From the IMG/VR virus record IMGVR_UViG_3300036943_000251, positions 1 through 39,077 of that record: a stretch of DNA of 39,077 nt; one strand, written 5' to 3'. The notes below the pieces were generated by a model. The model made no database searches, had not been told where the DNA came from, and worked only from the letters and a program-made list of their open reading frames with translations. The position numbers and the translations under genes are program-made. The number at the start of each line of letters is the position of its first letter. Position 1 is the first letter of the stretch. The stretch comes from a virus. Its lineage: Duplodnaviria > Caudoviricetes. Below, piece after piece: positions 6,974 to 16,532 of this stretch.

Positions 6974-9775
6974 CTAATCGTTGATGTAGAAAGTTCTGAA
7001 TTCTGATAGTTCTCCAATTCTTTGTAGTTCTTTTTGCAACTTCTCTCTGTCTTCTCTTACACTCCACCTTTTTATTTCTTCCGGGGTATAGTCGTATTTC
7101 CTGATGGTATGAAGCAAACTTATCAAATTTTTGTGGTCTCCCCCCTCAGTTCCAGCGGCCACTCTTAATGCTGTTGACCATCCACGGGAACCTATAGCTT
7201 CAAGCCAATACTTTTTCCTGGGATTGACCGTATAAAACTTAGTGCCATCTTCCGATGTATGCTTTTTAAAATTCATCCAATCTTTTAAAAATTCCGGCAT
7301 CGGTTCGTAATGCTTGCCGTAAGTATCTTCGTCTATTTTTCTTTCTTTAAATATATTATATCCGGTTAATTGCTCGGTGGGGATTTTTATAAGAGGTGAT
7401 AAAGATATGCCGAAACCCCTTAGAGGTTTAGATAATTTTTCTGTGGCTTCTTCCAGAGGGAGACCAAGGCCTGACCAGTAACCACCCTGTCCTTTAATAG
7501 TAAACCTTTCTCTTAGCCACTCCGGTAAATATCTACTTTCATCCCCCTCTTCTCCTTCCGGGGAAAGATTAAGCGATCTTTGCAGTTTAAAAAGCCCGCC
7601 ATATTTCCCAGGCTGCATTATCATTTGTTCAATTTGCAAGGGAACATTGGCTCTAGTAAATCTATAAAATGGCATAACCCTTTTCATAACACTCTTTTCA
7701 AAGGTCGTAAGACCTTCGGGCGAGTAATCAAAATTGTATTTCATTACTCTTTTAGCCGCCTGTAACGGATCCATACCCTTATCAAGACCATCTAAAAACA
7801 TAGGAAGCCTTACCCCATTTTCCACGGTTTCCATGGCGGTTCTTGGGTATTTATTTAAAAAGTCTTTGGCTCCCGTTATCACACCCTTATCAAGCTCTTC
7901 CATAAAATCTATTATTCCGCTTTGTCCCAATACTCCGTAATCTTGAGCCAACCTTTTAATATCGGAATAAGGCACTTCATCACCGGCCTTATAAACCTTG
8001 CCTCCAACTTCAATATCTTTACTAAACTTTCGAACTCCTTTAGCACCTTTAGTTATCATTATAGCATCACTATATTTTTTAGGATTTGTCAAGCCACCTA
8101 TAAAATTATTAAAAATACCACCAAGGGCGTTTCTGGTATGAAAGGCCGGGAACCAACCGGTTACACTTCCTTTCCAGAATCTTTGAACGCTATCATAAAA
8201 ATTTAAAAATTCTTTTGTTGCCTCATCATTAACAGCAATATCTGTTATCTTTTGCAGGTCTTCTAAAATTGGTTCCGGAACTAATGTATCTGCAAAGTCG
8301 TCGCTAACCTTATCAGCCCTAACCCACTTAATACCGGCACTATCAACACTGCCGTGGGTTAACCCCTTTTCACCGGCCTTTACTCCGAAGTTTCTTTTAG
8401 TGGATTGTAAAAAGTCTTTAGTCCTTATATCTTTTATACTTCTAAGGCCAGAACGAGAAAAGGCTTTAAAGGCGTTTTCTTCAAATAGGCCGTCTTTAAG
8501 TCCCCACTTTTTTCTAACTTGTTCATTTATTTCTCTAACCGAAGTATTTCTAACTTTATACAATTTACCGTCTTTTACAAAATCATTGGCATTAACCAAT
8601 TTAGAGCCCTTTTCTTTAAGTAATTTATTATACTGTTTTTTAGTCAGCTTGTCAAGCCTGGTGAAGCCCGCTCTTTTAATATTTTGAGGGGCTATTTCTT
8701 TTCCGGTTTCATCAACCAGTCCTAAAACATCTCTATGTTTTCCCTTGGGGTCTCGCAATGGTTTTAAAAACATACCAAAATCCGCACCACCTTCTCTTAT
8801 GGCGGCTGCCGCTTCATCGGTAAGCATGTGGTGCATATAATTAGGAAGCTCTTTTGTTATTATACCCTTTTCTTTAAGCTCTCTGGCAAAAGTGTCCTGA
8901 TTCTTTTTTAGGTTTATCATTATCTCATCCAAAAAATCATCGCCTGTGGTTTTAAATCCTTTTTCTATTGTTTCTCCTATAACTCTGCCGGCTTCCTCAA
9001 CACCCCTTTTCCCTCTCGCTTTTTTAACCTTTTTGGTCATGCCGATTATATTGTCTTGAAACCGATTAGCTGAAGCCCTGACACCCTTGTGCATTAAATA
9101 TTTATTATCTACATATTGTTGCCCTAATTCACCAAGAGTGTTTAAAATTTTTGAATCGGGAATAAAAAGTTTTTCTACCGCTTTCACACCACTCCTTACA
9201 AAAGGAGTTCTTTTTGCTATTTTACCGGTCAAAGACAATCCTCTGCCACCGACCTTAGCTATCGCACCACCAAATATCGTTGTCGGGTCGGCTATAATGT
9301 CGGCGGCAAGACCGACTACATCAACCGCGTCTAATTTGCCCTGTCTATCACTCCACCCCTCTTTCATCAAAGTGTCTTTCCAAGTTTTTTTATCGCTAGT
9401 CCTAGCTTCTTGTCCGGTAAAAGCACTTTTAAGACCGGACTTTATGTCATTCCAGTATGTTTCTCCAAAAGAAGCATCATTATATTTATGTTGATAAAAA
9501 GCATTTCCTATCTCAAAGGAGGAAAGCCCCCTGCCAAGCCTTTCAAGTAAAGAAAGTTTTGGTGGAGTTTCCGCTTCTTTAGCCTTTTCTTCTTCACCGA
9601 CAGCTCTGGCATATTCAATTAACCCTTCAAGTTCGGTAACATCATATTTACTTGTCTTCTGTTCTCTTAAAGCAGGTATAGAAAAAGAAGAATCTTTATC
9701 GCCACCTAAAGAGGGAATAGAAAAAGAAGAATCCCTTTTAGAATCGGATGATAACTCATCTAATGTAAACTTCAT
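6974..9775 (-). CDS. Large internal virion/DNA-ejection protein (putative)
   Basis: Large helical protein, last in late operon; FHTRN, NFDYS..LT.FE...MKRVMPFY motifs resemble podophage ejection/polyvalent proteins; start set at MKFTL to avoid overlap. Confidence 0.6.
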   Translation of the reverse strand: MKFTLDELSSDSKRDSSFSIPSLGGDKDSSFSIPALREQKTSKYDVTELEGLIEYARAVGEEEKAKEAETPPKLSLLERLGRGLSSFEIGNAFYQHKYNDASFGETYWNDIKSGLKSAFTGQEARTSDKKTWKDTLMKEGWSDRQGKLDAVDVVGLAADIIADPTTIFGGAIAKVGGRGLSLTGKIAKRTPFVRSGVKAVEKLFIPDSKILNTLGELGQQYVDNKYLMHKGVRASANRFQDNIIGMTKKVKKARGKRGVEEAGRVIGETIEKGFKTTGDDFLDEIMINLKKNQDTFARELKEKGIITKELPNYMHHMLTDEAAAAIREGGADFGMFLKPLRDPKGKHRDVLGLVDETGKEIAPQNIKRAGFTRLDKLTKKQYNKLLKEKGSKLVNANDFVKDGKLYKVRNTSVREINEQVRKKWGLKDGLFEENAFKAFSRSGLRSIKDIRTKDFLQSTKRNFGVKAGEKGLTHGSVDSAGIKWVRADKVSDDFADTLVPEPILEDLQKITDIAVNDEATKEFLNFYDSVQRFWKGSVTGWFPAFHTRNALGGIFNNFIGGLTNPKKYSDAIMITKGAKGVRKFSKDIEVGGKVYKAGDEVPYSDIKRLAQDYGVLGQSGIIDFMEELDKGVITGAKDFLNKYPRTAMETVENGVRLPMFLDGLDKGMDPLQAAKRVMKYNFDYSPEGLTTFEKSVMKRVMPFYRFTRANVPLQIEQMIMQPGKYGGLFKLQRSLNLSPEGEEGDESRYLPEWLRERFTIKGQGGYWSGLGLPLEEATEKLSKPLRGFGISLSPLIKIPTEQLTGYNIFKERKIDEDTYGKHYEPMPEFLKDWMNFKKHTSEDGTKFYTVNPRKKYWLEAIGSRGWSTALRVAAGTEGGDHKNLISLLHTIRKYDYTPEEIKRWSVREDREKLQKELQRIGELSEFRTFYIND

Positions 9776-9785
9776 AAAATATTTT

Positions 9786-11807
9786 TTATTGTTTCTTACC
9801 AAATAAATATTCTTTAACTTCATCCCATCCTTTATTTACCCAAGATTTCGGCAAATATTTACTTTTGTCCCAATCACTGGCAGTTTCCCACCAAGCTTCA
9901 GTAAAATTTTTAACACCTTCAACACCTTCCCCGGTTCCAAAGGTGCCAAGACCTCTTTCCGCATAGCTCTCTTCTTGGACTTCTCCTCCGCCTTCTATAA
10001 CTTCTTTCGCCTCTTCTTCAACGGTAACTCCCTGCTCTTTACCTAACTTATCTTTAATCTCAGCCATCCTTTGTCTTAGCAGTGTGTCAATTATATCCGG
10101 ATCTTGACTGATAGCCCCCTCTGTTTTAGCTAACCTGTTAGTAAATTCTTGATACCATTTTTTAGATTTTTCCGAGTTATATCCTCCCAAGCTTTCTTCC
10201 ATCTCTATAGCTTGCATAGCGAGAGACGATAACTCGTCTTGAGGAACACCTGATGGCAACTTAGGAGCACCGGCACCAGATCCTCCTCTACCTCCAAGAG
10301 TTCCTTTACCGACTCTTCCCAGGCTTTTAGTATATTCAGTTTCTCCTGTCTGTTCATTTATTCCCATAACGGTTACATTACCATAAGCGTCGGTTTCTCT
10401 AATAACATACATATCTTTTTCTTTAGCTCCCTGGTAAACAGAACCGCCTACTTCTATCATAGTATCTTGGGGAACCTTGCCAAGTAAATCCATTAAGCTC
10501 TTTTTGAATTCAACCTCATTTCCAAGCTTCTTTTGTTGTTGAGCTTGCTTCAAGCTAGAGAAGTATGTATCAAAAGTTCCTTGGGGGAGACCAAGTCTCT
10601 GTTCATATTGTCTTTTTTCACTCGGCATAAACGCTTCCGGCACCATTTGGCTTTCGGCCAACTGTTCCATTTCTTGGTTAGCTTCTTGCCTTTCCAATCT
10701 TTCCCTCTCCATTCCCACTCTTTCGGCTTGCAAATTATAATTAAGCATCTCCATTTGCTGGTCTTGAGCCTCTTTTAATTTCTTTAAATTCATTTCTTCC
10801 TGAGCCATGGACATCTGTTGCAGTTGCATTACGGTGTTCATCTTTTGCTGTCTATTTTGTTGTATGGCGCTAAATAACTGGTTGTATGCTTTCCATTGCT
10901 TATCAGTTTCCGCTTGCTTAGCTTGCATAACAAGTTGCTGTTCTTGGGCATCAAGGTCGGCCAATCTCTGAATACCGGCCCTTTCCTCGGACGATATAAT
11001 AGATGACTGTATATCCGTGGCGTATCTTTGCCTGCCAGACCTGGCTCCGGCAAGTTTCTTGGTATTTAAAACCGCCTTGTTGACTCTCTTGGTTTGTTGT
11101 CTTCTCCTTTCAAAAGTTTCCTTAATATTTTTAATGGCATTGGCTGATTGCTCGGAAATTGAGTCCGTATAATTTCCGAATTGGTCCATATAAGCTTGGA
11201 ACTCAGAGTCCATATCTTCTTGGATACTCAAAAGCTGTTCCTCATAAGAAGGAGTTTCTTCTTCTTGTTCCTGTTCTTCTTCTTGTTGTTGTTGCTCATC
11301 TCTTTCTTCTCCAGCCGTCCCCTGTTTTTTAGAAGTATCAACACCGCTTTTTTGTTCTTCGGTGGATATTCCTGTTTGTTCCGCAAATTCTTCAGGTGTC
11401 GCATACTTATAACCGGGTAATTCAGCTTGTTCTTTATCAGTAGTTAAAAGAACATCTTCTCCGGCAGCCTCATCCACTTCCTGTTTCATATCTTCACTCT
11501 TTTCCGGGGCATAAACATATTTATGAAACTCTTCCCATTCCTGCGAAGACTTGGGAGCTCCGTATTTTTCTTTGTATTCAGCCATTGTGTCTCTTTCTTT
11601 TTTCAAATCCCTTCTATAAATATCCTTAACATCGGGATTTTGCGGATTGGATATTCTGGCAACATCATCTTCACTCAGGGTTGTCCCTTCTCCAAGATAA
11701 CTTTCATCAGGTATCTTTTGGCCGGGTTTTAATTCTTCGCTTTTAGCGCCAACTTTGCTTGGAGCTGTACCGCTCCTCATTCCGTTGGCTGTATTTTTAT
11801 CAGCCAT
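9786..11807 (-). CDS. Q/E-rich coiled-coil internal virion (pilot/ejection) protein
   Basis: Composition and position after tail genes; GARSGR motif. Confidence 0.55.
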   Translation of the reverse strand: MADKNTANGMRSGTAPSKVGAKSEELKPGQKIPDESYLGEGTTLSEDDVARISNPQNPDVKDIYRRDLKKERDTMAEYKEKYGAPKSSQEWEEFHKYVYAPEKSEDMKQEVDEAAGEDVLLTTDKEQAELPGYKYATPEEFAEQTGISTEEQKSGVDTSKKQGTAGEERDEQQQQEEEQEQEEETPSYEEQLLSIQEDMDSEFQAYMDQFGNYTDSISEQSANAIKNIKETFERRRQQTKRVNKAVLNTKKLAGARSGRQRYATDIQSSIISSEERAGIQRLADLDAQEQQLVMQAKQAETDKQWKAYNQLFSAIQQNRQQKMNTVMQLQQMSMAQEEMNLKKLKEAQDQQMEMLNYNLQAERVGMERERLERQEANQEMEQLAESQMVPEAFMPSEKRQYEQRLGLPQGTFDTYFSSLKQAQQQKKLGNEVEFKKSLMDLLGKVPQDTMIEVGGSVYQGAKEKDMYVIRETDAYGNVTVMGINEQTGETEYTKSLGRVGKGTLGGRGGSGAGAPKLPSGVPQDELSSLAMQAIEMEESLGGYNSEKSKKWYQEFTNRLAKTEGAISQDPDIIDTLLRQRMAEIKDKLGKEQGVTVEEEAKEVIEGGGEVQEESYAERGLGTFGTGEGVEGVKNFTEAWWETASDWDKSKYLPKSWVNKGWDEVKEYLFGKKQ

Positions 11808-11822
11808 AAAGTATATTATTAT

Positions 11823-11978
11823 TTATAAGTTTAGTATTCTCCTTTCTCTTTCTATAAGTTCTCTGGCTAATCTGGAACTGGCAACAGAACGGTCAACAGT
11901 CGGAGCTTCCGGGGCATTCTCGCCTTCCTGGCTTTCACCACTGTAATAATTGCTGAGATTAAATTGTTCTTCTTCCAT
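11823..11978 (-). CDS. Hypothetical protein (51 aa)
   Basis: Read manually: MEEEQFNLSNYYSG...RERRILNL; fills operon gap. Confidence 0.55.
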   Translation of the reverse strand: MEEEQFNLSNYYSGESQEGENAPEAPTVDRSVASSRLARELIERERRILNL

Positions 11979-11989
11979 AGTTATATAAA

Positions 11990-12139
11990 TTATTTTTTAT
12001 TTTCATTGGCATATCTGGCCCTTACTGATGCCTTTGCTTTTTCTTTGGTGTCGGAATAACCGACAACTTTCCAACCACCGCTTTCTTTTTTCTTTATCGG
12101 CCATCCCTTTTTCGTTTTATTTCCTACTTTATATGGCAT
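11990..12139 (-). CDS. Small basic hypothetical protein (49 aa)
   Basis: Read manually: MPYKVGNKTKKGWPI...AKASVRARYANENKK. Confidence 0.7.
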   Translation of the reverse strand: MPYKVGNKTKKGWPIKKKESGGWKVVGYSDTKEKAKASVRARYANENKK

Positions 12140-12140
12140 A

Positions 12141-13535
12141 TTAAGTTCTGATTATATAATTAACAACTTGATAAGGTTGTAGATTGTTATGAGCAGAGCT
12201 AGCGTTATCGCCTCCGGTAGATTCAGTAGTAACAGTGTTTCCAGTTAAAGTATTTTCACTAGTTTCTGGTATTTCAGTTCCTCCGCTCCCTGAATCTACT
12301 AATGGAACTTTATGTGTATGTGACGGTAAGCCACTTTCTGCGTCAGTCAATGTATGCTCTTCCTCTCCCCCACTGTCACCTAAAGAGCTAAATGTACCAG
12401 TATCTTTACCAACCGGCACTCTCCCCTGTAAATCGGGTAAATTAAAAGTAGTTGAACCATCTCCTGCTCCATACGAATCTCCAATAGCATTAAACAAATC
12501 AGAATAAGTACTTCTGCTTACAGCTGAGCCATCACATAAAAGATAACCACTCGGTGCAGACCCACCACCATAAGGAAATATTATTCCAGAAGGAAAATCA
12601 TTATCAGTTACATATTTATTACTACTACTCGGAGTCCCGCTTGTGCCTTCCAGGGCGTCTTGCTCGTCAGAGGTTAGGTTGGATTGGAACTTGGGTTGGA
12701 AGTATATGGTATCTGTATCTATGGCATATCCAAGCTCTATGCTGACCGTTCCGGCTGAAGTTGACACTTCCCCGGCTGTATCTGATAAGTAGTAAACATT
12801 ATTGGCTGTCAGTCCGCTTTGGTTTTGGTCTTTACCCCGTACCAAAACTCCTCCTGATATAGTATTGCCGTCAGTTCCGCTTCCTTGAGCTATGCCAAGC
12901 ATTACATTTTCACTGGTAGAAGCGGTAGAAGCGTCGGCTTTTTTCCATTCACCATCACTGGTATCAAGATAAATAATATCTCCGGCTGACAATGTCGCCC
13001 CGGCTGTTCCGCTCATCACTACCCTATCTATGGCGGCCGCCCCAGAGGCGTTATCATCCACATATTTCTTGGTCGCCAATTGCTCATCATCGGTGGGGGC
13101 ACTATAGGTGTCCATTTGCGGTATATTGGGGTCGGTAAAGGTCCACTGCCCGGTTACGGTCTCATCATTGTCTTTAGCTGACAATTCATTGTAAAAAGGA
13201 GCACTGTTGGAAATAACCGCAATAGCTCCACCGGCGTGGGATTTTTTAAGAGAACTGTTTTCAGTATAAGGGGCGTGAAAATCAAGACCGCGAGTTACCC
13301 CGGTCAGGGTTGCGGTGCCGTCAGCGTTTTGGGTTATCCCGGTAAAACTGATATTTTCTTCTTTGCTTGTTCCCGGCTCCAAGGTTATATATCCCGTGTC
13401 TCCGAAATCACTCATTGTTATATTGGTTTCATCGGGAAATTGTAAAGACTGTATATCTATGGATGTCGCCGTAGAGGTGCACCCACTACCGGCCAGTCTT
13501 AACCTTTGGGCTTGTACAAATTTATGTGTATCCAT
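12141..13535 (-). CDS. Tail fibre protein with tail-collar domain
   Basis: PSGYLLCDGSAVSRSTYSDLFNAIG...TTFNLPDLQGRVPVG...HNNLQPY. Confidence 0.88.
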   Translation of the reverse strand: MDTHKFVQAQRLRLAGSGCTSTATSIDIQSLQFPDETNITMSDFGDTGYITLEPGTSKEENISFTGITQNADGTATLTGVTRGLDFHAPYTENSSLKKSHAGGAIAVISNSAPFYNELSAKDNDETVTGQWTFTDPNIPQMDTYSAPTDDEQLATKKYVDDNASGAAAIDRVVMSGTAGATLSAGDIIYLDTSDGEWKKADASTASTSENVMLGIAQGSGTDGNTISGGVLVRGKDQNQSGLTANNVYYLSDTAGEVSTSAGTVSIELGYAIDTDTIYFQPKFQSNLTSDEQDALEGTSGTPSSSNKYVTDNDFPSGIIFPYGGGSAPSGYLLCDGSAVSRSTYSDLFNAIGDSYGAGDGSTTFNLPDLQGRVPVGKDTGTFSSLGDSGGEEEHTLTDAESGLPSHTHKVPLVDSGSGGTEIPETSENTLTGNTVTTESTGGDNASSAHNNLQPYQVVNYIIRT

Positions 13536-13544
13536 ACTTTTTAA

Positions 13545-15332
13545 TTAGTTTTTAATATTTATAGCTTTATTGGTTGATTGGGTTACATTGGTTCCGAAAG
13601 CCAGAATTTGCCAACTGGCATCCACTTGGTTAGATGATATTTCTATCTGCATTTCAAAGAAATCTTTTTTGACCACTTCCTCTATTTTTTTAAACTTAAT
13701 AAGCTCATCGTCTGATTCTGTTATGCTACCCAGGGGCTCTTTACCCAGAGATTTTTTACCTAAACTGTTGTCGTCGCCAACCGCGAAAAGAATGTCGTTG
13801 TTGTTGCCGTCAACAGTGTAGGACGATATGCCTTCACTCCCCTCATAATCATAATAGATAGTGAAGTCAAGGGAGGTATTGGATGAAATATATCCTTCGC
13901 TGAAAAATTCGTCAAAATTTTTGAGCTTAGTCCTGTCTCCGAAAGACTGATAACTGAATTTAGCTTTGGCGTCTATCACATTGCTGTTATCATTGTGCCC
14001 GGTAAATAGTTTATAGGTGTTTTTGGTGGAATTGCTGTGGCCATAAAGCTCATTATCTATTATGGAAAAACTATTTATTGGAAGTATTTGCGGAGCTTCC
14101 CAAAATCCCCTTTCTAGATTGTAAATCAGAACAACAGACTCTTCAGGGACAGCCACATATAACCTGTTTTGGAAATATTTTAATGCAACACTGCCCAAAT
14201 TATAACCTTCCAATGTCGGCTTTATAGGGTCGGAAATAGGGACGGATTGCGGGGTATCTATATTCTCCACTCTACCTAAGAAATCTATGGTCGGCTCATT
14301 TGACAAAAACACGATTTTATTCTTCATTCTGGTTATCGCGTCTTGGCTTTGAGCTCCCTCTCCGATACCGCTTTTCAGTCTCTTGACGGCTATATATTCT
14401 TTTTGAATATCATCGCTTAAAGTAAATGCCACTTGATACCACTGGTTATTGCCGGCGCTGATATACATAACATCTTCTTGTGTTACAAAACCTCGCGGTA
14501 CGTCGTCAAGAGTTAACAATGCTCCCTCGCCCGGCAACCTCGGGCTGGAATAACTGACATCGTCAAAGTCATTAACAGCACTAACATAAATATCCCTTTT
14601 GTCTAAGGAGCCATAATATACTTGGTTGTTTAAGGTTGATAATAGGTCTATATCATAGCCCGAGCCGATATGGTCGGAAAATGTTGTCGGCTTTTGAACC
14701 ACTATACTGCCATCCGCTTCACCGCTCGGGTCAGGTGTAACTCCCGTTAAAGTGGTTGTTCCCTCTCCTCCGGTGTAGGTATAAGTTGTTCCGTTTATTA
14801 CCACTTTTTTATCATAATCGGTTCCTGTGGCAATGAACCTATCTTGTGCCCATGTGTTCGTGCCTGTTTTGGTTATGGAATTGGATGTGGTTGAATCAAT
14901 TTCTGCCACACCCCCAGACCAAGCGTAAAGGTCAGGTGTACCGTTGCAGTATAAAAGCATATCAATAACCTCGGTTGTATCCCAATAGATTGTAAATTGG
15001 AAGGTACTGTTGGTATAACCGCTGGCAAGCTCATACCAGTCGTCGTTATATCTGTATTCCAAAGTGCCGTCATTGCTACTATCGTCATATCCCCGCAATA
15101 TTCTGGTATAGCCGTTATGTGTTTCCCAGTCAAAGGAGGCGGTTATGGGTTCATTGTCAGAACTTTCCGTGCCATCAACAGTATATCCTTCTCTGATCTT
15201 AATATTTTCACTATCGGTTGATAATACGTTCTGGCTTCCTTCAACCAAATATCCAGACCGGAGCTTAGTCTTGTCAGTCTTAGTTCTAAAGCCCTTGAAC
15301 TTTTGTGTTAATGAAAAATTGTCTTTAGGCAT
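13545..15332 (-). CDS. Tail nozzle / stabilisation protein (P22 gp10 / tubular-B-like)
   Basis: ~600 aa beta-rich; N-terminal QNV...IKIREG pattern; podovirus synteny. Confidence 0.65.
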   Translation of the reverse strand: MPKDNFSLTQKFKGFRTKTDKTKLRSGYLVEGSQNVLSTDSENIKIREGYTVDGTESSDNEPITASFDWETHNGYTRILRGYDDSSNDGTLEYRYNDDWYELASGYTNSTFQFTIYWDTTEVIDMLLYCNGTPDLYAWSGGVAEIDSTTSNSITKTGTNTWAQDRFIATGTDYDKKVVINGTTYTYTGGEGTTTLTGVTPDPSGEADGSIVVQKPTTFSDHIGSGYDIDLLSTLNNQVYYGSLDKRDIYVSAVNDFDDVSYSSPRLPGEGALLTLDDVPRGFVTQEDVMYISAGNNQWYQVAFTLSDDIQKEYIAVKRLKSGIGEGAQSQDAITRMKNKIVFLSNEPTIDFLGRVENIDTPQSVPISDPIKPTLEGYNLGSVALKYFQNRLYVAVPEESVVLIYNLERGFWEAPQILPINSFSIIDNELYGHSNSTKNTYKLFTGHNDNSNVIDAKAKFSYQSFGDRTKLKNFDEFFSEGYISSNTSLDFTIYYDYEGSEGISSYTVDGNNNDILFAVGDDNSLGKKSLGKEPLGSITESDDELIKFKKIEEVVKKDFFEMQIEISSNQVDASWQILAFGTNVTQSTNKAINIKN

Positions 15333-15341
15333 ATGTATATA

Positions 15342-15370
15342 TAATATCTAAAACTTCGTTTTAGATATTA
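15342..15370. other. Perfect 13-bp-arm hairpin/palindrome
   Basis: TAATATCTAAAAC-TTC-GTTTTAGATATTA between two tail genes. Confidence 0.7.
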
Positions 15371-16516
15371 TCTAATTCTATGATATTCTTTCTGTTGTTT
15401 AATGGCTTGGCTTTTATTGTCGGCTTTATATTTTTGCATAGTGTTATTGTATCTCTGGGAGAAATACTGAACATCAAACTGGCTGTCCACTCCGGCTTGC
15501 TGTTGTGCCGCCAATTCAGCCGCCTTATCTATCATTAAATTTATCTCATTCTCTTCTACATTGATTATATCACTATCACTTCCTACTGTCGTATTCCATT
15601 CTCCGGAAGTCGCATCTTGGAACATTGCGTTAGAGTAATAAACTATTTCATATATGGTTCCCAATCTAACCACAAGGCTGTCAACCCTAATGTCGGTATC
15701 AGCGGTGCCGTCATAGTTTATAGTTACTCTGGCGGTGTCAACTGCGGAACTGTCAGGGACTCCTGTTTCAGTAGCCCCGTTCCATTCCAGTCTTATCAAG
15801 TTCCAGCCATCGTGAAAACTGTTGCCTTCGTTGTTGGTGGTGGCTGTTTTATCCCAATAGTTGGTTAAGTCGTTACCCCATCTGACGTTTACACTGGTTA
15901 TAATTGAACTATCCGGGGAATATACCCAAACAAATATTGCTCCGGTATCTTCATAATCGCTTAAATCCACTTGGCTTAAACTGGTGTTTTGAATATAGCC
16001 GTAAGTTGAGGAACCGTCCAAATCAAATTTTAGAGAGCCGGCCTCTGATACATAATATAAGCTATCTTCAGTAAGATTGGTAGCATCTCCTCCAACAGAC
16101 CAGTTGGTTGAACTGTTAAAGTTGGATAATGTTACTCCCCTACCCGTGTCTTTGGAAATTCTAAGGGTTTTGGAGCCGGAGTCAAAATCAACGTTAAAAA
16201 CATTGTCGGCTTTTCTCAGGTCAAAATCTTGAATACTTCTGCTTCTGAAGTTGTCATTGACACCTCTGTTAACTTGTGGCCTAATATCAATTATTTGGTA
16301 GCCCTTAACATCACTGGGCAAAACATAATCATAGACCTTGTTATAAATAGGGTTAGTCAAGATTTGACTTCTTATGGTGCCGTTTAAATCGGCATCACCC
16401 AGAAGCTCCCTGCCCGCCCTGCTTATAAGTTGGTCAACGTTTTGTATCTTGTTCAATGACACGCCATGAAGAGCCGCCTCCATATCCGTTTTTAAATTTT
16501 GTACTGTATAAGACAT
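15368..16516 (-). CDS. Head-tail adaptor / tubular-A-like protein with inserted beta-sandwich domain
   Basis: YDYVLPSD motif, helical termini, central CBM-like segment (GWNLIRLEW); synteny. Confidence 0.55.
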   Translation of the reverse strand: MSYTVQNLKTDMEAALHGVSLNKIQNVDQLISRAGRELLGDADLNGTIRSQILTNPIYNKVYDYVLPSDVKGYQIIDIRPQVNRGVNDNFRSRSIQDFDLRKADNVFNVDFDSGSKTLRISKDTGRGVTLSNFNSSTNWSVGGDATNLTEDSLYYVSEAGSLKFDLDGSSTYGYIQNTSLSQVDLSDYEDTGAIFVWVYSPDSSIITSVNVRWGNDLTNYWDKTATTNNEGNSFHDGWNLIRLEWNGATETGVPDSSAVDTARVTINYDGTADTDIRVDSLVVRLGTIYEIVYYSNAMFQDATSGEWNTTVGSDSDIINVEENEINLMIDKAAELAAQQQAGVDSQFDVQYFSQRYNNTMQKYKADNKSQAIKQQKEYHRIR

Positions 16517-16532
16517 ATATGTTAATTATTGT

